A stretch of DNA of 64,000 nt from Dehalococcoidia bacterium. Its GTDB lineage: Bacteria > Chloroflexota > Dehalococcoidia > UBA6926. Each line of letters begins with the position of its first letter. The stretch's first letter is position 1. Location: contig CAXXET010000007.1 in the NCBI GenBank assembly GCA_963666115.2, forward strand, positions 256,595 through 320,594. The letters run 5' to 3'. The translations under genes were made by a program, and so were the position numbers. This document shows, piece by piece, positions 1-11,695 of the stretch. A model generated the notes under the pieces. That model was not told the origin of the DNA, did not search any database, and worked only from the letters and a program-made list of their open reading frames with translations.

Positions 1-5
1 GCGCC

Positions 6-1097
6 ATGCCCAATACAGAGCCGCCCCTCGACTCGCCTGAGCTGATCGAATTCGTGAAACGCACGGCGGCGGCCACAGCGAGCGTCCGCGTGCTGCCCAT
101 CGGAACGATCACGGTTGGGCGGGCAGGACGGGAGCTTGCGAACCTGGGCGAACTCGCGGCGGCAGGGGCCGTCATGTTGAGCGACGACGGCTCAGCCGTT
201 GCGGACGACGAAATCATGCGGGCGGCGCTGCGCGAATCGGCGCGGCTTGGGCTGTCGCTGAGCCAGCACTCCGAGGACCCGGAGGTGATTGGCAGCGCGG
301 TGGCGCACGCGGGCGAGGCGGCAGCGGAGCTGGGACTGCCGTCCGCGCCTGCCGAAGCCGAAACGAATGTTGTCGGACGTGATTTGCGGCTGTTGGCAGA
401 GACGGGAGGGCTTTTGCACGTGGCGCATGCCTCAACGGCCGGCGCGGTTGCGCTGCTGCGCGAGGCGCGGGAGCGCGGCCTGCCGGTAACGTCCGAGGTG
501 ACCCCGCACCACCTGGCGCTCGCAGACCGCGCATTGGTGGGCGAACGAGGGCCACAGCACGGGTGGCCGAACGGCCCTGTCGGTGACACGTCGCTGCGCG
601 TCAATCCGCCGCTGCGGCCGGAAGAGCATGTGCACGCGCTGGTGGACGCGCTGCGCGAGGGTGTAATCGACGCCGTCGCGACGGATCACGCGCCCCACTC
701 GGCGCAGGACAAGGCTGGTAAATTTGTGGACGCGGCGCCGGGCATATCCGGCTTCGAGACGGCTTTCGGACTGCTGATGACGGCGCTTGTCCACACGGGG
801 CGGCTGGATTTGCCAACCCTCATAGCAAGGCTGACCATTGGCCCAGCCGCGATAATCGGCGCGGCTGCCAACACGCTGGGGTTGCGCGGCCTGACGCCGG
901 GCGCGGCGGCGGACGTTGTCGTGCTCGATCCTGATCGGGCGTGGACGGTCCGGGCGGAGGATTTTTTGTCGCTCGGCAAGAACACCCCGCTTGAGGGATG
1001 CGAGTTGCGCGGGATGGTGACCCACACGTTTGTCGGGGGACGGCTCGTGTACTCGGCTGCGCCGGCATTGGCCGGGCAAGGGGCGGCGCGGTCATGA
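6..1097 (+). CDS. pyrC: Dihydroorotase (type I), 5' end truncated by window edge
   Basis: (A)MPNT.P, SDDG, HSED, HVAHAS, EVTPHHL, VNPPLR, ATDHAPH and KNTP motifs. N-terminal HxH region lies upstream of the window. Stop overlaps carA start (ATGA). Confidence 0.95.
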   Translation: MPNTEPPLDSPELIEFVKRTAAATASVRVLPIGTITVGRAGRELANLGELAAAGAVMLSDDGSAVADDEIMRAALRESARLGLSLSQHSEDPEVIGSAVAHAGEAAAELGLPSAPAEAETNVVGRDLRLLAETGGLLHVAHASTAGAVALLREARERGLPVTSEVTPHHLALADRALVGERGPQHGWPNGPVGDTSLRVNPPLRPEEHVHALVDALREGVIDAVATDHAPHSAQDKAGKFVDAAPGISGFETAFGLLMTALVHTGRLDLPTLIARLTIGPAAIIGAAANTLGLRGLTPGAAADVVVLDPDRAWTVRAEDFLSLGKNTPLEGCELRGMVTHTFVGGRLVYSAAPALAGQGAARS

Positions 1098-2215
1098 CGC
1101 TCGTCGGCAGAACCGAAGAGAAAGAGTCGTTTCTCGTCCTAGAGGACGGGAGCGTCCACCGCGGCTACGCATTTGGCGCCGCCGGCGCGGAGGCCATCGG
1201 CGAGGTCGTTTTCAACACGTCGATGGTCGGCTACCAGGAGATGCTGACCGACCCGTCATACGGCGGGCAGATCCTCGTGCCAACGTACCCGTTGCAGGGC
1301 AACTACGGCATCAATGACCGTGACGTCGAATCCTCGCGGATTCAGGTTCGCGGCTTTGTCGTCCGGGAGGCGTGCGACTTGCCCAGCAACCGGCTCTCGA
1401 CACGCACGCTGGACGATTTCCTGCGGGATGAGGGCGTGCCCGGCATCTATGGGGTGGACACGCGCGCGCTCACGCGCAGAATCCGCATGGCCGGCGTCAT
1501 GATGGGCATCATCACCACCGGGGGATCGCCTGAAGAGGCGCTCACGCGGCTCCGTGACGCCCCGGACTACGGCAGTCTTGACCTGGTCAGCGAGGTTATC
1601 GCGGCATCCTCGTACGAATGGACGGAGGGAACGGGCGAGTTGCCGCCGGACGCGCCGCGCGTCGTCGTGATGGATGAGGGGCTGAAGTACAACATCCTGC
1701 GGCTCTTGCGGCGGCGAGGATGCGCGGTGACTGTGGTCCCCAGCTCAACCCCGCTGGATGACGTAATGGCTCTCCGTCCGTCCGGGGTGCTCCTGTCGCC
1801 GGGGCCGGGTGATCCGGCGCTGTTGGAAGGAGTGGTGCAGACCGCGGGCGGCTTGCTCGGTCGTTTGCCGGTCATGGGCATCTGCCTCGGCCACCAGGTT
1901 GTCGCCCGGGCGTTGGGCGGGCAGACGTACAAGCTGAAGTTTGGACACCGGGGCGGAAATCATCCCGTCAAGGATCTCGCCACGGATCTCGTGACGATCA
2001 CGGCGCAGAATCACGGCTACGCGGTAGACTCGGACGGGCTGCCGCCGGGGCTGGAGGTAAGCCACATCAACCTGAACGACCATACGGTTGAGGGGCTGAC
2101 GCACCGCGACATGCCGCTGCTGACAATCCAGTATCACTCGGAGGCGTCGCCCGGGCCGCTGGACAACGAGTATCTTTTTGACCGGTTCTTAGACTTGATT
2201 CGAGAATACAGGTAG
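1094..2215 (+). CDS. carA: Carbamoyl-phosphate synthase small subunit
   Basis: GEVVFNTSMVGYQEMLTDPSY, SPGPGDP, GICLGHQ (catalytic Cys), QNHGYAV, QYHSEASPGP. Likely start is ATG 1094, overlapping the pyrC stop. Confidence 0.97.
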   Translation: MTLVGRTEEKESFLVLEDGSVHRGYAFGAAGAEAIGEVVFNTSMVGYQEMLTDPSYGGQILVPTYPLQGNYGINDRDVESSRIQVRGFVVREACDLPSNRLSTRTLDDFLRDEGVPGIYGVDTRALTRRIRMAGVMMGIITTGGSPEEALTRLRDAPDYGSLDLVSEVIAASSYEWTEGTGELPPDAPRVVVMDEGLKYNILRLLRRRGCAVTVVPSSTPLDDVMALRPSGVLLSPGPGDPALLEGVVQTAGGLLGRLPVMGICLGHQVVARALGGQTYKLKFGHRGGNHPVKDLATDLVTITAQNHGYAVDSDGLPPGLEVSHINLNDHTVEGLTHRDMPLLTIQYHSEASPGPLDNEYLFDRFLDLIREYR

Positions 2216-2303
2216 GGTATAGTGTCGCGAAGCGCGGGTAAAGCGGAATTGGTTTGCGGACTCTTGTCGCGCGCTGCGGCAGAGGGTCTGGAAGGAGGTG
2301 TCT

Positions 2304-2903
2304 ATGGTGCTGGAAATGGAAGCGCCACTGGACCGGGGCATATCGCCCACGCCCACCGAGCCCCAGCGACGGCAGTCGCAGTTGGTGGAGTACGAGATTC
2401 TGGACTCCTACTGGATGCATCACCATCAATGGATGTGGTTGTCCGGCCTTGTGCTGATTGGCCTTTCGATGTTCGGCATGGCCGTGCTGCCCATGGGGCT
2501 GGCCGGTCACGAGCTGCGCACGGAAATCATCAGCTTCGTGTCGGTCATTTCAATAGCGCTCACGCTCATCTGGTGGGGAATGCTGCGGCACATGCTGAAT
2601 GCGTTATCGGTGGTGCAGCATCGCAAGCGGGAGATCGAACGCAACCTCGGAATGAGGATGGAGTTCTACCTCGCGGCATCGCGCGCGCCGCGCAAGCGGG
2701 AGCGTATCCGCGAGTTCGCGCAGCAGGAGGCGGGGGACGACCCGGAACTGCGGGCGGATCTGTCCGATTTCCTGCGGTCAATGACAGTCCGGCAGAGCTT
2801 CCTGCCCGGCGAGCAGGCAGCGTGGGGAATCATCCCGCTCCTCTTCATGGGCGCGTGGATTCTCTTCTGGGCCATCATGGCCGGCCCGGCACTCTTCGGC
2901 TAG
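2304..2903 (+). CDS. Hypothetical membrane protein (about 3 TM helices)
   Basis: AGGAGG RBS 5 nt before ATG 2304. Hydrophobic segments WLSGLVLIGLSMFGMAVL, IISFVSVISIALTLIWWGML and WGIIPLLFMGAWILFWAIM. Confidence 0.75.
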   Translation: MVLEMEAPLDRGISPTPTEPQRRQSQLVEYEILDSYWMHHHQWMWLSGLVLIGLSMFGMAVLPMGLAGHELRTEIISFVSVISIALTLIWWGMLRHMLNALSVVQHRKREIERNLGMRMEFYLAASRAPRKRERIREFAQQEAGDDPELRADLSDFLRSMTVRQSFLPGEQAAWGIIPLLFMGAWILFWAIMAGPALFG

Positions 2904-3009
2904 GGCCAAGCGCTAACCGTACACACACGCCGCGCGTCCCGGTTCACCATGCCGGGGCACGTGGCTTTGTGTCTCCGGCGCTCCCGGTGGTTCAGCGCGG
3001 GAGGGCGGC

Positions 3010-6000
3010 ATGACGACCGCGCCGGAACGCCCATCCCGCGTGCTCGTGCTCGGCAGCGGCCCAATCGTCATCGGCCAGGCCGCCGAGTTTGATTACGCGG
3101 GCACGCAGGCCTGCCGCGCGCTCCGCGAAGAGGGTGTCACGTCCATCCTCGTCAACTCCAACCCCGCCACGATCATGACCGACCACGAAATCGCAGACGT
3201 AGTCTACATCGAACCGCTGACCGTCGAGGCAGTGACACGTGTCATCGAACGGGAGCAGCCCGACGGGCTGCTGCCAACGCTCGGCGGGCAGACCGGCCTC
3301 AATCTCGCCGTTGACCTGGCGGAGGCGGGAGTCCTTGAGAAGTACAACGTCCGTCTTCTTGGGACGCCACTGGATGCGATACGCACTGCGGAGGACCGCA
3401 ACCTCTTCCGGCAAATGCTGGACAAGATCGGCGAGCCCGTGCCGGAGAACGAAGTCGTCACGACGGTCGAGGACGCCCGACGGGTGGCAGAACGCCTCGG
3501 CCTGCCCGTGGTGATCCGCCCCGCGTACACGCTCGGCGGCACGGGCGGCGGAATTGCGTACACCCCGGAGCAACTTGATGAGCAGGTCCGCACCGGACTC
3601 TCGTACAGCCCCATCGGTCAGGTGCTGGTTGAACGCAGCCTGATCGGCTGGAAAGAGATCGAATACGAGGTCATGCGCGACAGCGCGGATACGACCATCA
3701 CCGTCTGCAACATGGAGAACCTGGACGCGATGGGCGTTCACACCGGCGACAGCATCGTCGTCGCGCCCAGCCAGACGTTGACGGACAAGGAGTACCAGAT
3801 GCTCCGCTCCGCCAGCCTGAAGATCATTTCCGCGTTGGGGATCGAGGGCGGCTGCAACGTCCAGCTTGCGCTGGAGCCACACCCGACGGTGGCCGGCAAT
3901 GGGCAGAATGCGGGCTATTCCGAATCACCCTATTACGTGATTGAGGTGAACCCGCGCGTCAGTCGCTCCTCCGCGCTGGCGTCCAAGGCAACCGGCTATC
4001 CCATCGCGCGCGTGGCAGCCAAGATCGCTGTGGGCAAGCGGCTGGACGAGATTCCCAACGCGGTCACGCAGGTCACCACCGCCGCATTTGAACCGGCGCT
4101 CGATTATTGCGTGGCCAAGATTCCGCGCTGGCCGTTCGACAAGTTCCCGTCCGGCGACCGCTCATTGGGGACGCAGATGAAGGCCACCGGCGAGGTGATG
4201 GCCATCGACCGCTCGTTTGAGGCCGCGCTGCAAAAGGCCGTGCGGTCACTCGAAGTGGCAGGGGACAGCCTGCTATGGGAGCACGGCTCATGGAGCGCAG
4301 TTGCCGACCCTCTCGAAGAACTGCCGCTCCACCCGAATGACCAGAGGTTGTGGGCGCTGATGGCCGCGCTGCGCCGCGGCGTTTCGCTTGAGGACCTGTC
4401 CGTCAAGACCGGTGTTGACCCGTGGTTCCTGTACAAGCTGAATGCCATTGTCGGCATGGAGAACAAGCTGCTGGCGGAGCCGCTGACGCCGCGCCTGCTG
4501 CGTGACGCAAAACGCATCGGATTCTCCGACACACAAATCAGCACGCTGGCGGACCGGCTCCCGGAGCAGGTGCATGAACTGCGGCAGGAATGGGACATCC
4601 GCCCCGTGTACAAGATGGTGGACACGTGCGCGGCGGAGTTTGAGGCGGCCACGCCTTATTTCTACTCGACGTACGAGGAGGAGAACGAAGCCCTGCCGCT
4701 GGAGGGACGCTCAGCGGTCGTCATCGGCAGCGGGCCAATCCGCATCGGGCAGGGAATCGAGTTCGACTACTGCTCCGTTCACGCCGCCTGGGCTTTGCAG
4801 GATGAGGGCGCGGCCAGCATCATCATCAATTCCAACCCGGAAACAGTGTCAACTGACTTCGACACGTCCAGCCGCCTCTATTTTGAGCCGCTTGACGAGG
4901 AGGGCGTCGCCTGCGTCCTGGAGAACGAGCGCGTCATGCAGGGAGAACAGGAGGTGTTCCCCCGCACGGCAGCGCAATTCGGAGGGCAGACGGCCATCAA
5001 TTTGATCAGCCCGTTGAGCAGGCGCGCCTTTACGATCCTGGGCACTCAACCGGCGACCGTCGATCAGGCAGAAGACCGCCAACGGTTCGACGAATTCGTC
5101 ACCACGCTCGGCATCCCGCGCCCACCCGGCGCCGGCGTGACGTCCATCGAGGAGGGGCTGGCCGTTGCCAACTCCATCGGCTATCCGATTGTCGTGCGGC
5201 CGAGTTTCGTGCTCGGGGGCCGCGCAATGGAGATCGTCCACACGCCGGCGGAGTTCACCCGCTACGTGATGACCGCCATGGAGGAGGTCGGGGATAACCG
5301 CCCAATCCAGGTGGACAAGTTCCTGGAGGGCATGGAGGTGGAGGTGGATGCCGTCAGCGACGGCGAGGACGTGCTGATTCCCGGGATCATGGAGCACATC
5401 GAGCGGGCAGGCGTCCACAGCGGGGATTCCATGGCCGTCTACCCCGCCCCCTCGTTGTCGGAGGGCGATGAGCGGCAAATCGTCGACTATACGATCCAGC
5501 TTGGCCGCGCGTTCGGCATCATCGGCCTGATGAACATCCAGTTCGTCGTTGTCCAGAACGAGAACCAGGACGGGACGCCCGCGCCGTCCACCGTCTATGT
5601 GCTTGAGGTCAACGTTCGCTCCAGCCGGACGGTGCCGTTCATCTCCAAGGTGACGGAGGTGCCGATGGTCAGTCTCGCAACGCGCGTCATCATGGGGCGC
5701 ACGCTCAAGGAGATGGGCCATGGGAGCGGGCTGTGGCCGAAAAAGCCGCTCGTGGCAGTCAAAGCGCCAGTCTCGTCCATGTCCAAGCTGATGGGCGTCG
5801 ATACGTACCTTGGACCTGAGATGAAATCCACGGGCGAGGTCATGGGCATCGACACTTCTCTCGCCCCTGCGCTGACAAAGGCGTTGCAGGCGGCGCGGCT
5901 CATGCTGCCGCACTCCGGCGGCATCCTCATCAGCGTGTCCGACCGCGACAAGACGGAGACGGTGCCGATTGCCCGCCGCCTGGCCGCGCACGGCTACGAA

Positions 6001-6354
6001 GTCTACGCAACGGAGGGCACCGCAACAATCCTGCGCGCCGTGGGCATTGAGGTTGCAGGCGTCCCCGCCAAAGTCAGCGAGGGCGGCGACGGCTCGGGCA
6101 CGACCACTGATCTAATCCGGGACGGCCGCGTGCATGCCGTCGTCAACACCATGTCCGGCAACCGCGTGCCCTTGAGAGACGGCTTTGAGATCCGCAGAGC
6201 CGCCACGGAGCAGGGCATTCCCTGCTATACGAGCCTGGACACGTTCCGGGTTGCCGTCGATTCCGTGACGGGCGGCGCGGAGGCGGGCGAGTACAGCATC
6301 ATGCGCCTCGATGAATATGTAAACGGCGGGCCTGCGGAGACTCACGGCGCATGA
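3010..6354 (+). CDS. carB: Carbamoyl-phosphate synthase large subunit
   Basis: [15 protein letters not shown], duplicated ATP-grasp halves ([15 protein letters not shown]), [18 protein letters not shown]-terminal MGS-like domain. Confidence 0.98.
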   Translation: MTTAPERPSRVLVLGSGPIVIGQAAEFDYAGTQACRALREEGVTSILVNSNPATIMTDHEIADVVYIEPLTVEAVTRVIEREQPDGLLPTLGGQTGLNLAVDLAEAGVLEKYNVRLLGTPLDAIRTAEDRNLFRQMLDKIGEPVPENEVVTTVEDARRVAERLGLPVVIRPAYTLGGTGGGIAYTPEQLDEQVRTGLSYSPIGQVLVERSLIGWKEIEYEVMRDSADTTITVCNMENLDAMGVHTGDSIVVAPSQTLTDKEYQMLRSASLKIISALGIEGGCNVQLALEPHPTVAGNGQNAGYSESPYYVIEVNPRVSRSSALASKATGYPIARVAAKIAVGKRLDEIPNAVTQVTTAAFEPALDYCVAKIPRWPFDKFPSGDRSLGTQMKATGEVMAIDRSFEAALQKAVRSLEVAGDSLLWEHGSWSAVADPLEELPLHPNDQRLWALMAALRRGVSLEDLSVKTGVDPWFLYKLNAIVGMENKLLAEPLTPRLLRDAKRIGFSDTQISTLADRLPEQVHELRQEWDIRPVYKMVDTCAAEFEAATPYFYSTYEEENEALPLEGRSAVVIGSGPIRIGQGIEFDYCSVHAAWALQDEGAASIIINSNPETVSTDFDTSSRLYFEPLDEEGVACVLENERVMQGEQEVFPRTAAQFGGQTAINLISPLSRRAFTILGTQPATVDQAEDRQRFDEFVTTLGIPRPPGAGVTSIEEGLAVANSIGYPIVVRPSFVLGGRAMEIVHTPAEFTRYVMTAMEEVGDNRPIQVDKFLEGMEVEVDAVSDGEDVLIPGIMEHIERAGVHSGDSMAVYPAPSLSEGDERQIVDYTIQLGRAFGIIGLMNIQFVVVQNENQDGTPAPSTVYVLEVNVRSSRTVPFISKVTEVPMVSLATRVIMGRTLKEMGHGSGLWPKKPLVAVKAPVSSMSKLMGVDTYLGPEMKSTGEVMGIDTSLAPALTKALQAARLMLPHSGGILISVSDRDKTETVPIARRLAAHGYEVYATEGTATILRAVGIEVAGVPAKVSEGGDGSGTTTDLIRDGRVHAVVNTMSGNRVPLRDGFEIRRAATEQGIPCYTSLDTFRVAVDSVTGGAEAGEYSIMRLDEYVNGGPAETHGA

Positions 6355-7172
6355 ACACCGTCTTCGTCCCGGCGGAGCATCGCGCCCGGATAATCGGGGT
6401 GGAGGAGGTGGCGCAGGAAATGTTCCTGCTGCGCCTCCATGCGCCGGATCTGGCGGCGTCCGCGAAACCGGGTCAATTCGTGATGGCGCGCGCAACGGAC
6501 AGCCCGGCCGGGAGCTACCTGCCCTATCTCCATCGCCCGCTCGCCCTGCACGGCATCCGACCGTCCGAGGGCGAGGTCTCCCTGCTCTTCCAGGTCATCG
6601 GCATCGGCACGCGCAATCTCTCACTCGCTCGGAGCGACCGCCACCTGGACGTGTTGGGTCCCCTGGGAAAGCCGGTCACGCTTCCCGAGGACGCGCGGCA
6701 CATCGCCTTCGTGGCGGGCGGTCTTGGCATCGCGTCCCTGACGGCGCTCATCGACGAAGCGCTGGAACACGGCTCGCGGGTCACACTGCTGGCAGGCGCG
6801 CGGACGGCGTGGCGGCTCTACCCCTCACGCCTGCTCCCGGACACAGTGCGGGAGATGACGGCGACGGACGACGGATCAGCCGGCGTGCGCGCCCCCGTCA
6901 CCCATCTTTTGCAGCAAGTTCAGCATGAGGCGGACCTAGTAGTCGCCTGCGGTCCGACGCCGATGCTGGCAGCCCTGGCCAGGATGCGCGCCGATGCGCT
7001 GCTGGCCGCACCGACAATCCTGTTGCTGGAATCACGCATGGCCTGCGGTTTCGGAATATGCCACAGCTGCGTTGTCACCACTTACGAAGGATCCCGGCTC
7101 ATCTGCATGGACGGCCCGGCGTTTGACTTGGACGAGGTTGACTGGGACGCGCAACCAGCAGAGGGCAGTTAA
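6351..7172 (+). CDS. pyrK: Dihydroorotate dehydrogenase electron transfer subunit
   Basis: [29 protein letters not shown], and 2Fe-2S motif CGFGICHSC...C.DGP. ATGA-coupled to carB. Confidence 0.9.
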   Translation: MNTVFVPAEHRARIIGVEEVAQEMFLLRLHAPDLAASAKPGQFVMARATDSPAGSYLPYLHRPLALHGIRPSEGEVSLLFQVIGIGTRNLSLARSDRHLDVLGPLGKPVTLPEDARHIAFVAGGLGIASLTALIDEALEHGSRVTLLAGARTAWRLYPSRLLPDTVREMTATDDGSAGVRAPVTHLLQQVQHEADLVVACGPTPMLAALARMRADALLAAPTILLLESRMACGFGICHSCVVTTYEGSRLICMDGPAFDLDEVDWDAQPAEGS

Positions 7173-7173
7173 G

Positions 7174-8193
7174 CTAGCGCACCGGCAACTCGACGGTCGC
7201 GTTCCCATTGACGCACGGCCTGCCTCCGTTGCCCTCGCTCCATAGCTCAAGCGCGACGAGGGCCGCGCCGCCATCGTCGCGCCATTTCCGTGAGACGCGG
7301 CCGTAGTGCATGATTGTCTCGCCGATGAACTCCGGGGAGCGAACTTCTCCGCGAAAGCACCGCAGGATGCCGCGCCGCCCCATCCATCGTGTCGCCGTTT
7401 GGCACAGCATGTCCCCCGAAAGATCACCCTGGGCAATCCGCTCCGGCAGGCCCTCCACCTGGGCATAGGCGCGGTCGTAGTGAATCAAATGGCTATTCGT
7501 CTTGACGAGGCCGTAGAAAAAGACCTGAACGGTTGAGATGAAACGTGGCAGCGGTGTTAGCTCGTCGCCCTCGTGAACGTCATCCCATACCGGCTCGTCT
7601 GTCCACTGCGGCGGCTCGGCGGGCCGCGCCTGCGCGCCATCCCCAAGTTCGAGCATGCCCCATTCACGCCCTGCGCCATCCTGCGATGACGGCTGCAGCA
7701 CGATGGCCGTCGTGGTGCGGTCGATCATCACCGTGCGCCCATGCTGGTTCGTGATAGTCATTTCCTTGGTGGTGAAGATCATTGTACCCGAGCGTCCCTG
7801 CTTCTCCTCAACGTCCGTGACCGTTGATTGGCGCGTCAGCACGTCGCCCGGCCTGATGGGCTCAATAAGAGTCACGTCCGTGCCGGTGTACCGCGACTGC
7901 ACGCCGGGGATACGCAGTTGGAGGGGGTCATTGCGCGTATCCGGGAGGCCGTCAGGACGCAAGTCGGCGATGGCCGTCGGCGGGAAGTTGGTGAAGCCGG
8001 TGAACAGCGGTGGCGCAACAATGCCGCCGTAAGGACCGTCTTTGGAGCGCTCCGCGTCAACATACGAAGGGCGCACGTCATCAACGGCGTAGGCATAGCG
8101 GGCAATCTCATCAAAGGTGACGGGCGGCCGTGTCTCCGGCTCGGATGTCCGTCCGAGCAACTCCCGCGTTGCTTGCAGCGCCTTGCTTGTCAT
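7174..8193 (-). CDS. Fused double hot-dog (MaoC_dehydrat_N + MaoC) acyl-CoA dehydratase-like protein
   Basis: N-half IARYAYAVDD..P.Y...GPYGGIVAPP and PIRPGD. C-half DVHEGDELTP, IHYD, G.ATVELP. Confidence 0.8.
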   Translation of the reverse strand: MTSKALQATRELLGRTSEPETRPPVTFDEIARYAYAVDDVRPSYVDAERSKDGPYGGIVAPPLFTGFTNFPPTAIADLRPDGLPDTRNDPLQLRIPGVQSRYTGTDVTLIEPIRPGDVLTRQSTVTDVEEKQGRSGTMIFTTKEMTITNQHGRTVMIDRTTTAIVLQPSSQDGAGREWGMLELGDGAQARPAEPPQWTDEPVWDDVHEGDELTPLPRFISTVQVFFYGLVKTNSHLIHYDRAYAQVEGLPERIAQGDLSGDMLCQTATRWMGRRGILRCFRGEVRSPEFIGETIMHYGRVSRKWRDDGGAALVALELWSEGNGGRPCVNGNATVELPVR

Positions 8194-8303
8194 ATGTGTC
8201 CGCCTCGATGACTTCTGTGAGTACCAAGCAAGGATACGCCACCTTCATGTTCATGCTGTCAAAGCGTTGCGTGAATCACGGCAAAGATGGCACAGTGAGC
8301 GCC

Positions 8304-10712
8304 ATGATGACTACGAATGATGACGGCACGGCGCTTGGGCATCTGAAGGTTGTTGAGCTTGGCGAGGGCAGCGGCGCGGCGGCCATGGCGGGCCGCCTGC
8401 TTGGCGATATGGGCGCGGAGGTTGTGCTCGTTGAACCGCCCGGCGGTGTTGGCGCGCGGCGTATTGGCCCGTTTGCCAACGACATTGAAAACCCCGACCG
8501 TAGCCTGACGTTCCTGGACCACAACCTCAACAAGCGATCCGTCGTTATTGACCTCGACACCCTAGATGGGCAGGAATCCGCGCGACGCCTAGCAGCCTGG
8601 GCGGACGTTCTCATCGAGTCGTGCGCGCCCGGCTACCTTGCCGAGCGCGGGCTTGGCTACGACGACCTAGCAGAAATCAACCCCGGCCTTGTCTACGGCT
8701 CCCTCACCCCGTTCGGGCAGGACGGGCCGTATGCGAACTACGCCTCCACAGAACTCATCATCCAGTCGCTGGCGGGTGATCCGTGGGTCTACGGCGATGA
8801 TGAGCGAGCGCCGGCGATGGTGCCGGGCGACGCGACCGCCCGCATCGGCTCCATGCACCTGGTCTACGGCATCCTGCTGGCGCTGCGCGAGCGGCGGTGG
8901 TCCACGCGCGGCCAGCACGTGGACGTGTCGCGTCAGGACATCGGCGTCTGGCAGTTGGTGAGCGGCAGCATCTCACGTGTCGGGCTCCGCAATGAGGTGT
9001 TCCGCCGCCCCGGCAAGGCGTCCACCGGCATCGGCAGCATCTACCACTGCGCAGACGGCGTGATCCAATTCTTCCCGTCCACCAACGCGCAGTTCCGCGG
9101 CCTGGTCACGGGATGGATGCAGGACTCCACGTTCGACGATGAGGCGTGGGACGACACCAATTTCCGCCGCGACAACTACGACATCATCGACGTCCGCATG
9201 AGAGAGTTCATGGGTACACTGACGGCGGCGGAGATCGAGGAGCAGGCGGCAATCCACGACGTGCCGATGGCGCGGATGTCCACGATGGCGGAGTTCGTTG
9301 AGCACCCCCATACCATCGCCCGTGAGTTTGTGGTCGATGCCACCCACCCCGTCATTGGCCACTACCGCGCGCCCGGCCCGCCGTACCGGTTCAGCAAGAC
9401 GCCGTGGGCCATCCATCGCCCCGCGCCGCGCATCGATGAGCACGGCGGCGAACTCCGCGCGATGATTGAGGGGCTGTCGTCCGCGCCGCCCGACTCCGCG
9501 CAGTACGTGGCGCGTCGGCATGACCGCCGCAAGCAGCCGCTGGAGGGCGTGCGAATTGCCGATCTGAGCCGCGTGTTTGCTGGGCCGTTCGGCACAATGC
9601 TGCTCGGTTTCCACGGCGCGGAGGTCATCCGCATCGAATCCGAAGACCTGCCCGCCTTTCGGATGCCGATGCAGCCGAACTACCCGGAACTTAATCGCAA
9701 CAAGCTCTGCGTCACCATCGACATGCGCTCCCAAAAGGGGCAGAACCTTATCAAGGACATCGTCGCGCAATCGGACGTCGTCTTTGAGAACTTCCGCCCG
9801 ACGGTGATGGAGCGCATGGGGCTTTCTTACGAGGAGCTGCGCAAGGTCAGGCCGAATGTGATCATGGCATCTATGTCAGGGTACGGTATGTCTGGGCCGA
9901 TGCGCGACCGCCCTGCGTTCGGCCAGCTTCTAATGGCGTTCGGCGGCCTGTCCTACATGTGGGGGCATCCGGAGAGCGACATCGACACGCGCCCCAAGAA
10001 TGCGTATTCGGACTTCGTGCTGGGCGCGCAGGCGGCGATGGCCGTGATGATCGCGCTGGAGCGCCGCGACCAAACCGGCGAGGGACAGCACATCGAGAGT
10101 TCCCACGTGGAGGGACTCGCAGCCCTACTCGGCCCGGAGATGCTGAGCTATTTGATCAACGGCGTCAGCCCGCAGCCGCGCGGCAACGCGAGCGACGTGT
10201 ACGCCCCGCACGGCGTCTATCCCACGCTCGGCCACGACGCGTGGGTATCCATCGCGGTGGAGAACGATGAGCAGTGGGGACGGCTGGCTACGGCAATGGA
10301 CAGCCCAACGTGGGCGACGGATGGCAAATACGCCACGCAGGAGGCGCGGCTGACCAATCGGACGGAGTTGGACGCGCGGCTGGGCGAGTGGACATCAACG
10401 CGCTGGGCGGGACAGATTCAGGTTGCGCTGCAAGCCGTCGGCGTGCCGTGCGGCGCGGTGCAGAACCCGCTGGATTTGCTGGCCGATCCGCAGCTTCGCC
10501 ACCGCGGAACCATCGTCACCGCGCACCACGATCCGGACTGGTGGGGAACGATGCAGCACCCCGGCGTCTCCGTCCGGTTGAGCGCCACGCCTGGCTGGGC
10601 GACGGATTCCACGCCGGGCCTGGGCCAGGACAATGACCGCGTGTTCAAGCAACTCCTGGGGCTGACGACGGCGGAGATAGAGGGGCTAACGGGGGAGGGA
10701 GTGCTGCGGTAA
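8304..10712 (+). CDS. Tandem two-domain CoA-transferase family III (CaiB/BaiF)
   Basis: Two repeats: LGDMGAEVVLVEPP..NLNKRSV and PLEGVRIADLSRVFAGP..NRNKL..ENFRP. Start trimmed to ATG 8304. Confidence 0.9.
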   Translation: MMTTNDDGTALGHLKVVELGEGSGAAAMAGRLLGDMGAEVVLVEPPGGVGARRIGPFANDIENPDRSLTFLDHNLNKRSVVIDLDTLDGQESARRLAAWADVLIESCAPGYLAERGLGYDDLAEINPGLVYGSLTPFGQDGPYANYASTELIIQSLAGDPWVYGDDERAPAMVPGDATARIGSMHLVYGILLALRERRWSTRGQHVDVSRQDIGVWQLVSGSISRVGLRNEVFRRPGKASTGIGSIYHCADGVIQFFPSTNAQFRGLVTGWMQDSTFDDEAWDDTNFRRDNYDIIDVRMREFMGTLTAAEIEEQAAIHDVPMARMSTMAEFVEHPHTIAREFVVDATHPVIGHYRAPGPPYRFSKTPWAIHRPAPRIDEHGGELRAMIEGLSSAPPDSAQYVARRHDRRKQPLEGVRIADLSRVFAGPFGTMLLGFHGAEVIRIESEDLPAFRMPMQPNYPELNRNKLCVTIDMRSQKGQNLIKDIVAQSDVVFENFRPTVMERMGLSYEELRKVRPNVIMASMSGYGMSGPMRDRPAFGQLLMAFGGLSYMWGHPESDIDTRPKNAYSDFVLGAQAAMAVMIALERRDQTGEGQHIESSHVEGLAALLGPEMLSYLINGVSPQPRGNASDVYAPHGVYPTLGHDAWVSIAVENDEQWGRLATAMDSPTWATDGKYATQEARLTNRTELDARLGEWTSTRWAGQIQVALQAVGVPCGAVQNPLDLLADPQLRHRGTIVTAHHDPDWWGTMQHPGVSVRLSATPGWATDSTPGLGQDNDRVFKQLLGLTTAEIEGLTGEGVLR

Positions 10713-10742
10713 GATGAGCAGGCAAGGAGGAGGCAGAGGCAA

Positions 10743-11624
10743 ATGATGAGTTCTCAGCAGGCTCAATTTCGTGGCTTTGTAATGCAGATTCACGTTCCAT
10801 CTGGAGTTCCCGACAGCCTAAGAGTGGTGTCAAAGGACAACTGGAACGGCGAAGGTGCCTTCTTCTCGCGTACGTCTTATTCGGAAGTCAGGACCGGCGG
10901 ATCGTTTGATTTCGAACGAACAGGAGTCTACGTTCTCTGGGGACCAGCCGACGAAAGCGATTTACTGCGGGTATATGTGGGGGAGGCTGATCACTTGCGC
11001 AATAGGCTCAATGAACAATTCGTGCAACTGGACTTCTGGACAAACGCCGTCGCCTTTTGCTCCAGTAACCAGAACCTGAACAAGGCGCATGTGCGCCACA
11101 TCGAAGCTAGACTGATCGCGTTGGCTGACGAGGCGAAGCGGTGTCTACTTGAGAATGCTAACGCTCCTAGAATTCCACACCTGTCTCCCGGTGACAGAGA
11201 TACGGCTGAGAATTACCTCTCGGATATGTTACTGTGCTTACCCGTGCTAGGGGTAAACTTCTTTGAGAGGACAAGGCCACGCGACATAAGTCTTAAGGAT
11301 CTCACTATCAACTCAACAGCTTTACGCGCGACGGGGTACGAGGATGTATCGGGGTTTGTAGTAAGGGAAGGCTCTCAGACGGCCAAAAATGAAACCAAGA
11401 CTATACGTCCAACGATGTCGGACTTACGAGCCGACTTGCTGAAAAAGGGGGTTCTCGTGGACAAAAATGACGCCTACGAGTTCACTCAAGATTACTCGTT
11501 TAGTGCACCAACCACGGCAGCTAATGCCATCTTGGGCTCGTCATCAACCGGTCTTGACATCTGGAAAGGCGCTGATGGGCGCACGCTTAAGCAGATCCGT
11601 GAAGAACAGAGTCGCTCAGAATAA
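10743..11624 (+). CDS. GIY-YIG nuclease family protein with DUF4357-like C-terminus
   Basis: GVYVL...VYVGEA..LRNRL, NLNKAHV..IE, and C-terminal FTQDYSFSAPTTAA..ILG...G...WK..DGRTL. Lower GC than neighbours. Confidence 0.85.
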   Translation: MMSSQQAQFRGFVMQIHVPSGVPDSLRVVSKDNWNGEGAFFSRTSYSEVRTGGSFDFERTGVYVLWGPADESDLLRVYVGEADHLRNRLNEQFVQLDFWTNAVAFCSSNQNLNKAHVRHIEARLIALADEAKRCLLENANAPRIPHLSPGDRDTAENYLSDMLLCLPVLGVNFFERTRPRDISLKDLTINSTALRATGYEDVSGFVVREGSQTAKNETKTIRPTMSDLRADLLKKGVLVDKNDAYEFTQDYSFSAPTTAANAILGSSSTGLDIWKGADGRTLKQIREEQSRSE

Positions 11625-11695
11625 TCCGATGGTCGCCTTGAGGTACATGGCTTCCACGCGACATCCGCGCCTGGATGGCCTACGCTCATACAAAT

